A model generated the notes under the pieces. The model did not search any database. It worked only from the letters and a program-made list of their open reading frames with translations, and was not told the DNA's origin. Positions 57,996 through 64,000 of a stretch of 64,000 nucleotides of DNA are shown here, one piece after another (positions within the stretch are counted from its first letter, which is position 1; each line of letters opens with the position of its first letter). Origin of the DNA: Acaryochloridaceae cyanobacterium OTE_75_metabat_521 (GTDB taxonomy: Bacteria > Cyanobacteriota > Cyanobacteriia > Thermosynechococcales > Thermosynechococcaceae); assembly GCA_031387975.1 (NCBI GenBank), contig JANNDV010000008.1:1-64000 (forward strand). Reading direction: 5' to 3'. Both the position numbers and the translations under genes were made by a program.

Positions 57996-59306
57996 TTAGA
58001 GGGTTTTTGTCAGGTCTTGAAACACGCGCTCAAGAATAGAGATAGCTTCTGCGACTTCTGCCCCGCTCACAATCAACGGCGGCACAAAGCGCACAACTTT
58101 AGGCCCGGCTGGCACGAGTAACAGCCCTTTTTCCATCGCTGCTTTGACCACTTCTGGCGCAGTAAGAGCCACATCGGCGCTAATCTCCAGGCCGTTAATG
58201 AGTCCCCAACCGCGCACTTCGGTCATCAAGGTTGGGTACTGATGAGCCATCGCCCTTAACCCTTCTCTCAACTGTTCGCCGCGCGCCAGCACGTTTGCCA
58301 GCAGATTTTCTTGGGTGAGGGTTTGGCAAACCGCCAAAGCTGCCGCGCAGGCAAAGGGGTTGCCGCCAAAGGTGCTGGCGTGATCCCCAGGGGTAAATAC
58401 ATTACAGAAGGCCTTACACAGCATTGCACCAATGGGGATACCGCCCGCTAAGCCCTTGGCGGATGTAAAAATATCGGGTTCAATCCCTAAGTTTTCGTAG
58501 CCCCAGAGTTGACCACTGCGGCCTATGCCGACCTGTACTTCATCGAGCATGAGCAAAATGCCCTTGTCGCTACAGAGCTGACGCACCTTCTGGAAGTAGC
58601 TCACCTCTCCAGGTCGCACGCCGCCCTCGCCTTGCAGTGGCTCTAGCAGAATAGCGGCAACTTGACGTTCGGAAGCATCGAGTTGGGCGATCGCCGCTTC
58701 TAATGCCGCAATATCGTTATAGGGCACGTAGTGAAACCCTGGCACCAGCGGTGAGAAATTTTGATGGTACTTAGGCTGCGCCGTAGCCGTGACGGTGGCA
58801 AGGGTACGACCGTGAAAGCTGGCATTTGCCGTAATAATGACGGGGTTATGAATGCCTAACACCGTATGGGCGTACTTACGCGCTAACTTGATGGCCCCTT
58901 CATTGGCCTCAGCGCCAGAGTTGCAGAAAAATGCAAAATCTGCACAGGAGTTCTGGGTGAGCCACTGGGCTAAGTCCCCCTGTTGCGGAATGTAGTAAAG
59001 GTTTGAAACATGATGCAGCGTCTGAATCTGTTTCGTCACTGCATCCACCAGTGCCGGATGGGCATGACCCAAAGTGCAGGTGGCAATGCCTGCCACAAAA
59101 TCAAGGTAGCTGTTGCCGTCTGTATCCCAAAGGCGGCAGCCCTCTCCACGGGCGATCGCCAACGGAAACCGACCGTAGGTGGACATAACGCAGCGGTCAA
59201 AGGCAGCAGCGTCAAACCCTGAATCGGATGATATCGCCGCAGCAGGAGAGAGGGTTTCAAGACTCACAAGACTATCCTCGACTGGAATAATGGCTATGTG
59301 CTTCAA
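57996..59306 (-). CDS. argD: Acetylornithine aminotransferase (class III PLP aminotransferase)
   Basis: NSGAEANEGAIKLARKY, LLMLDEVQVGIGRSGQLWGYE and FTSAKGLAGGIPIGA, with the pyridoxal-Lys motif. Confidence 0.85.
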   Translation of the reverse strand: MKHIAIIPVEDSLVSLETLSPAAAISSDSGFDAAAFDRCVMSTYGRFPLAIARGEGCRLWDTDGNSYLDFVAGIATCTLGHAHPALVDAVTKQIQTLHHVSNLYYIPQQGDLAQWLTQNSCADFAFFCNSGAEANEGAIKLARKYAHTVLGIHNPVIITANASFHGRTLATVTATAQPKYHQNFSPLVPGFHYVPYNDIAALEAAIAQLDASERQVAAILLEPLQGEGGVRPGEVSYFQKVRQLCSDKGILLMLDEVQVGIGRSGQLWGYENLGIEPDIFTSAKGLAGGIPIGAMLCKAFCNVFTPGDHASTFGGNPFACAAALAVCQTLTQENLLANVLARGEQLREGLRAMAHQYPTLMTEVRGWGLINGLEISADVALTAPEVVKAAMEKGLLLVPAGPKVVRFVPPLIVSGAEVAEAISILERVFQDLTKTL

Positions 59307-59519
59307 ATTGTATTATGCGCATAATACAATTTGCAAGGCAAACTTTCTTCGATCATGGCACTTTTTTGAAAATCTTAAGCCGAAGATCTCAGGAGAGAGC
59401 GGGAGATCGCGCCCAAGACTGTAACAAAACACAGGTCTAACTGATCTCGATCACATCACTCAAAGATAGAAATGATACTCTAATAGCATCTCAAAAATGA
59501 TCAAATTTGGACTCGCTGT

Positions 59520-59864
59520 ATGCGTCACCTTAATTCTTTATGTGCTGCATGTTCGGGGTTTGCGGTTGCAACCACCCTCCTGATATCTTTTCAGGCTGCT
59601 GCTGCTGTCCCTACTGAAATGAAAGGAACTCAGATTGCTGCTGTAGAACAAGAATCTCAATCCACAGCCGTGTCCCCCAACCAAACGAAAGTTGTTTGCA
59701 GCCGCAATAAGCCACTGTCTTTGACTGCCGAAGGGGTCAAGGTTGCTTCAGGTATTGCCCCTACAAGTGCAGATTGGCTGCCTAACGTGGTTCAGCTTTT
59801 TTGTCGAGATGTACGCATCAATACGATTGTGGTTCGTGATTATTGCGCGGTCATTCGTAACTAG
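59520..59864 (+). CDS. Small secreted protein sharing a Cys-bracketed motif with adjacent protease
   Basis: 114 aa with a signal peptide. The C-terminal FCRDVRINTIVVRDYC matches VCKDVRINTIVIKRC in the C-terminal region of 59967..61538. The match is also visible at the nucleotide level. Confidence 0.4.
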   Translation: MRHLNSLCAACSGFAVATTLLISFQAAAAVPTEMKGTQIAAVEQESQSTAVSPNQTKVVCSRNKPLSLTAEGVKVASGIAPTSADWLPNVVQLFCRDVRINTIVVRDYCAVIRN

Positions 59865-59966
59865 CGACTTGTTCTAGTTTTTCAGTGATCATTCTCTAAA
59901 CAGCATCTTTAAACACAACTCTCTACACAGCCAATCTATTCCTTTACAACAGATCAACGTTTAGCC

Positions 59967-61538
59967 ATGAACGCCTCCTCCCGCCTAACTGCCCTACTTT
60001 TGGGAACAACCGTAATGGTGGCTCAGCCTTTCCATTGGGAAAAGGCCATAGCAGGGGCTTCTATTGGCAAACTTGCCCCTGAAGTAACCGTTTTTATTCA
60101 GGGGGTTAATAACCCTGATAATTTTGGCTCTGGCGTTGTGATTGGACGCACTGGCAAAAACTATCTCGTTTTAACCGCAGCCCACGTCGTTGCAGCGGCA
60201 GATCGATACACTATTCAGGCCAGTGACGGTGTCCAGTACACGCTGCAAAACATTAGAAGGCTCCCTAATGTTGATATGGCAGTCGTTCAGTTTGAAAGCA
60301 GTAGCAGCTATACCGTTGCTCAGATGGGCAACTCCGATGAAGTTAGCTTAACCACTGGCGTATATGTGGCGGGGTACCCGAAACCAGGGCAAAACATTAG
60401 AGTGCCTGTACTCACCATTACAAACGGTGAAATTGCCCAGGTTCTTCCAGCCAATGCTTCTGTTGATGGTTATGGGTTTGCCTATACAAACTCAACCCGC
60501 GCTGGCATGAGTGGTGGGCCTGTGTTTAATAGCCTTGGAGAAGTGATCGCCATTCACGGACGAAAAGAAGGCGAAGCGGGCGGTGGGGCAACCAATGGTG
60601 CTTGGCTGAATCTTGGTATTCCCATTAATCGCTATAAGGGAGCAGGGACAGGCGGCATTCAAATGGCGGCAGCATCCAATGTCGATCTTCAGCAAAAGGC
60701 ACGGGAATCTGCCCAGCGCCAAGCCCAAGAGCAAGCCAAACGCCAAGCTCAGGAACAAGCTCAAGAGCAAGCTCAGCGCCAAGCTCAAGAGCAACAAGCT
60801 AAAGAACAACAAGCTAAAGAACAAGCACGGCAGCGAGCGGCGGCATCAGAAGCGGCTCAGCGCCAAGCGCAAGAACAGGCTCAACGTCAGGCGACAGAGG
60901 CTCAGCGCCAAGCGCAAGCACAACAACAAACTGCTTTGGCGGCGCGGCAGGCGCAGGCGCAAGCCCAACAAAGAGCGGCAGCATTAGAAGCGGCTCAGCG
61001 CCAAGCGCAGGAGCAAGCCCAACAAAAAAATATCCAGGCACAGCAAGCCAATGCCCAACGGCAAGCTCAGATTTCCGCTTCCGCAAAGAACCTTTTGGCA
61101 AGTGCTTCACCCTTTGCGGCCTCTGCAATGTCAGCCCAGCCTTCTAGCATCTCGTCTACGCGAGAAGTTTGTAAGGATGTTCGCATTAATACGATTGTGA
61201 TTAAGCGCTGTAGTACCGAAGTGGTTAATCAAATTCAAGAATCCGCCTCTTCGCCTTCGTCTAACAGTTCAGGGAATGCGGTCAATAGCGGGAATGCGCG
61301 GGCTGCAAGTGGTAATTATCAAGCGGCTGTAGATGAGTATAATTCGGCAATTCAAGGTAATTCTGGCCTTGCGATCGCATTTTTCAATCGCGGTTTAGCC
61401 CACTACAACTTAGGCCAAAAAGATCGGGCGATCGCAGACTTTTCTAAGGCCGCAGAGTTATTTAGATCCCAAGGAGACTCTCAAAAATTCCAAAAAACAC
61501 AGGATATTCTACAGGCGCTTACCCAGGCTAATTCTTAG
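59967..61538 (+). CDS. Secreted trypsin-like serine protease domain + Q/A-rich low-complexity linker + TPR-like C-terminus
   Basis: 523 aa. The protease domain has a His motif (VLTAAHVV), an Asp, and a Ser motif (GMSGGPVF), a chymotrypsin-fold triad order. About 120 aa of AQRQAQEQA repeats follow. The C-terminus (AIQGNSGLAIAFFNRGLAHYNLGQKDRAIADFSKAAELF) is TPR-like. Confidence 0.65.
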   Translation: MNASSRLTALLLGTTVMVAQPFHWEKAIAGASIGKLAPEVTVFIQGVNNPDNFGSGVVIGRTGKNYLVLTAAHVVAAADRYTIQASDGVQYTLQNIRRLPNVDMAVVQFESSSSYTVAQMGNSDEVSLTTGVYVAGYPKPGQNIRVPVLTITNGEIAQVLPANASVDGYGFAYTNSTRAGMSGGPVFNSLGEVIAIHGRKEGEAGGGATNGAWLNLGIPINRYKGAGTGGIQMAAASNVDLQQKARESAQRQAQEQAKRQAQEQAQEQAQRQAQEQQAKEQQAKEQARQRAAASEAAQRQAQEQAQRQATEAQRQAQAQQQTALAARQAQAQAQQRAAALEAAQRQAQEQAQQKNIQAQQANAQRQAQISASAKNLLASASPFAASAMSAQPSSISSTREVCKDVRINTIVIKRCSTEVVNQIQESASSPSSNSSGNAVNSGNARAASGNYQAAVDEYNSAIQGNSGLAIAFFNRGLAHYNLGQKDRAIADFSKAAELFRSQGDSQKFQKTQDILQALTQANS

Positions 61539-61689
61539 AGAATGCCTGTGTCTAAGGGGTCTGAATTAAATAATGCGGCCTGCGTGGCTATCTTCAAACT
61601 TTTGTGATACATGATCGATTTTAAATAAAAGATTCCCATACTAGGGATATAAGCATTTATCTTAATTCCGTATAGCTTATCTATAAAAT

Positions 61690-62553
61690 ATGCGTTTAAA
61701 CGGTTTGACGATTGGGATTGTATTGTGCGGCAGTTTGTTGACGTTTGCGTGTCGATCCACTTCAGCGACAGCACCTGATCGCATTAAAACAAGCAATCAA
61801 ATCGCGCCGTCGCCTTCACTGCATAGTTTTGCGCTAACTCAGAACAAAATTCAGCTTTTACAGCGGCATGCTCGTGGCATTACCGTAAAGGTTATTTCTG
61901 GAGATGACTGGGGTTCTGGGATCTTAATTCGGCAGCAGGGACAGCGCTATACCGTCTTAACCAATGAGCATGTTTTGTGGATCGGCGATCGCTACACGGT
62001 TCAGACCTATGACGGAAAGCAGCACCTGGCACAACGACAATCCTCAGGCAAGTTTGGCAAAAATGACTTAGGGCTACTGGAATTTAGCAGTACCCCATCC
62101 ACGATCTATCCGGTTGCTGCGATCGGCTGCTCTCTAGAACTATCGGCGGGTACCCCTGTCTATGCCGCAGGGTTTCCACTGCCACTCATGGACACTGCTG
62201 TCAAAGGGTTCAAATTTACAACGGGAAAAATCTCGCTCATTGCGTCTAAAGCCCTAGAAGGCGGCTATCAGGTCGGCTACTCTAACAATATTGAAAAAGG
62301 CATGAGTGGCGGCCCAGTGCTCAATGCGCAGGGTGAAGTGATTGCCGTTAACGGCATGCATCAAGAGCCATTATGGGGCGACCCCTACATTTACCAAGAT
62401 GGTTCTAAGCCGAAGTCAAGCTTATTTTCGATGTTTTCGCGCTCAAGCTGGGCGATTCCGATGGAGACTGCCCTCCAAACTAAAGCCCTAACCGCAGCAC
62501 ATTTTGCTCGCCAGTGCCCTACCGCTAGCTCCGTTAAACAGGCTCAAGGCTGA
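61690..62553 (+). CDS. Secreted trypsin-like serine protease (paralog)
   Basis: 287 aa. VLTNEHVL and GMSGGPVLNAQGEVIAVNG parallel the upstream protease (GMSGGPVFNSLGEVIAIHG). Confidence 0.65.
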   Translation: MRLNGLTIGIVLCGSLLTFACRSTSATAPDRIKTSNQIAPSPSLHSFALTQNKIQLLQRHARGITVKVISGDDWGSGILIRQQGQRYTVLTNEHVLWIGDRYTVQTYDGKQHLAQRQSSGKFGKNDLGLLEFSSTPSTIYPVAAIGCSLELSAGTPVYAAGFPLPLMDTAVKGFKFTTGKISLIASKALEGGYQVGYSNNIEKGMSGGPVLNAQGEVIAVNGMHQEPLWGDPYIYQDGSKPKSSLFSMFSRSSWAIPMETALQTKALTAAHFARQCPTASSVKQAQG

Positions 62554-62639
62554 AGTCTTAGAAATCAATACTCCAGGCACTGCTAAGCACGTAGCTGTAA
62601 GGCTTATGCTTTGGCTGGATTAGACCATTCTAATCGCTT

Positions 62640-63155
62640 CTAATGTATTTTTGTCACCGTTTTAGTGTGAAGCAGAGGCATAATATAAGCCCCTAACCCT
62701 AACCCAGAGACGAGTCCAAAGGCCGTCACAATCGGGTTGCTGTAGCTCCACCAGCCCCAGTATTGTGCCCATAGTTCCGCTGGGTAAGCGAGGCAAAGCA
62801 AGACCGTTAGGCAAAATCCGGCGATGCCGTATTGGTTGAGCCAGTAAGCCTCGCGCCCCGAGTTACGGCTAATCAGCCAGCGCATTAGGACAAGCCCCAT
62901 CAAGGTGCCATAGCAGCGCATACAGACTGCCATAATGTATGGCGGAGACAGCACCAGCCCCATCTCTGGCTGGGGGCAAACGTGATCGCCCATGAAGTAA
63001 ATAATGTTGGCAATGAGCGGCAGCAGCGGCAGTGAGGTAGAGGCTAAAAAGGGCGCTGCCAATGGCCCCCCCACAAGCGCCACTAATACAATATCTGCCA
63101 CCATACTCTTACGAGGGCGCTGCTGTGCTGTTGATTGACTTTGCCAAACCGTCAT
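62640..63155 (-). CDS. DUF2085-like membrane protein
   Basis: 171 aa. A Cys-x-x-Cys-like pair (HVCPQ...CMRC) sits within a 4-TM protein, typical of the DUF2085 family. Confidence 0.45.
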   Translation of the reverse strand: MTVWQSQSTAQQRPRKSMVADIVLVALVGGPLAAPFLASTSLPLLPLIANIIYFMGDHVCPQPEMGLVLSPPYIMAVCMRCYGTLMGLVLMRWLISRNSGREAYWLNQYGIAGFCLTVLLCLAYPAELWAQYWGWWSYSNPIVTAFGLVSGLGLGAYIMPLLHTKTVTKIH

Positions 63156-63196
63156 GTTGCTTTTGCCTTAATTTTTTAGCCTTAAAAGCTCTAGCC

Positions 63197-63859
63197 TTAA
63201 AACTCAATACCCGCCTGTGCCTTAACCCCTTGCTCTCGAAATGGGTGCTTTACCAAAGTCATTTCTGTCACCAAGTCTGCGGCTTCAATGAGAGCAGCAG
63301 GCGCACCGCGTCCCGTTAAGATGACGTGAGACTGCTCGGGCTTTTGGCCTATCCCTGCCAAAATCTCGTCGAGCTTTAAATACTCAAGCTTGAGCGCAAT
63401 ATTGATTTCATCTAACAATACAAGCTGATAATCTGGATTCTGGATATATTCTAAAGCTTTAACCCAAGCCTCTTGAGCTTTTAAAATGTCTCGCGCCCGA
63501 TCCTGTGTTTCCCAGGTGAACCCTTCGCCCATCGCGTGGAACTGGATCTGGTCAGGCCATAGGGCAAATACCGATTTCTCTGCGGGTTCCCAGCCGCCTT
63601 TAATAAATTGAATAATGGCAACCTTATGACCGTGACCCAGCGATCGCAGCACCATCCCTAATGCCGCCGTGGTTTTGCCTTTACCATTACCTGTATGGAC
63701 AATAATTAGACCTTTTTGCTGCGATCTCGCGTCTAGCCGCTGTTCTTGAACCTCTTTGCGGCGCTGCATTTTTTTACGATACTGTTCTTCGCTCAAGCCT
63801 TCGTACTGCTTAGGGTCTAGGGTATTAAGCGAACCCGTTTTATCTTCAGAAAAAGCCAT
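63197..63859 (-). CDS. cobO: Cob(I)yrinic acid a,c-diamide adenosyltransferase
   Basis: GLIIVHTGNGKGKTTAALGMVLRSLGHGHKVAIIQFIKG is the CobA/CobO/BtuR P-loop. The C-terminus carries DEINIALKL. Confidence 0.85.
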   Translation of the reverse strand: MAFSEDKTGSLNTLDPKQYEGLSEEQYRKKMQRRKEVQEQRLDARSQQKGLIIVHTGNGKGKTTAALGMVLRSLGHGHKVAIIQFIKGGWEPAEKSVFALWPDQIQFHAMGEGFTWETQDRARDILKAQEAWVKALEYIQNPDYQLVLLDEINIALKLEYLKLDEILAGIGQKPEQSHVILTGRGAPAALIEAADLVTEMTLVKHPFREQGVKAQAGIEF

Positions 63860-64000
63860 CGGTTTAGCAATAAAGAGCTGCCTTCTTTAAGATATAGCAG
63901 TTTTAGAATGATGTCTGTGATGCCTGACTTAAGCATTTGGGTTGCATCATGATGTTCAACAGCGGTCTTAAAGCTGTAATAATTAGAAGGTTTTCTAAAA

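Overview
This is a 64-kb chromosomal segment from a cyanobacterium. The evidence is dense HIP1 octamers (GCGATCGC), an nblA-like small gene, menA-menC phylloquinone genes, an AroH chorismate mutase and a GldG/DUF4340 ABC operon. Most of the window is housekeeping. It carries a NarL-type two-component pair, prfB with its programmed +1 frameshift, rpmB, a CPA2 antiporter, an SPFH/flotillin-like protein, menA/menC, sppA, aroH, tmk, holB, tRNA-Phe, two AI-2E transporters, a DegT aminotransferase, a FetB-like permease, a pseudouridine synthase, RodZ, an ABC-2/GldG operon, birA, initiator tRNA-fMet, an ArsA-family ATPase, ssb, a DedA protein, aroK, dapB, argD and cobO.

Two accessory islands stand out. 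The first (22.1-26.6 kb) is a polymorphic-toxin-like locus. A 737-aa protein carries a C-terminal xHH-type (HNH/EndoVII-like) motif. It is followed on the same strand by three tandem paralogous putative immunity genes. The array also holds a displaced copy of the toxin gene 3-prime end, a nonsense-disrupted paralog and a truncated fourth immunity fragment. The second (31.1-33.9 kb, visibly AT-rich) holds a degenerate orphan toxin of the same family, split by an in-frame TGA. It is translationally coupled to a putative immunity gene, and a remnant of another immunity paralog lies downstream.

A third notable region (50.6-57.8 kb) is an FHA-domain signalling cluster. It has two divergently transcribed FHA-FHA-ABCG-type transporters (Rv1747-like) and an adenylate cyclase fused to an FHA domain. 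Other features are a HigB/HigA-like TA pair, two trypsin-like secreted proteases that share a Cys-bracketed motif with a small secreted protein, a dispersed palindromic repeat family and a short tandem repeat.
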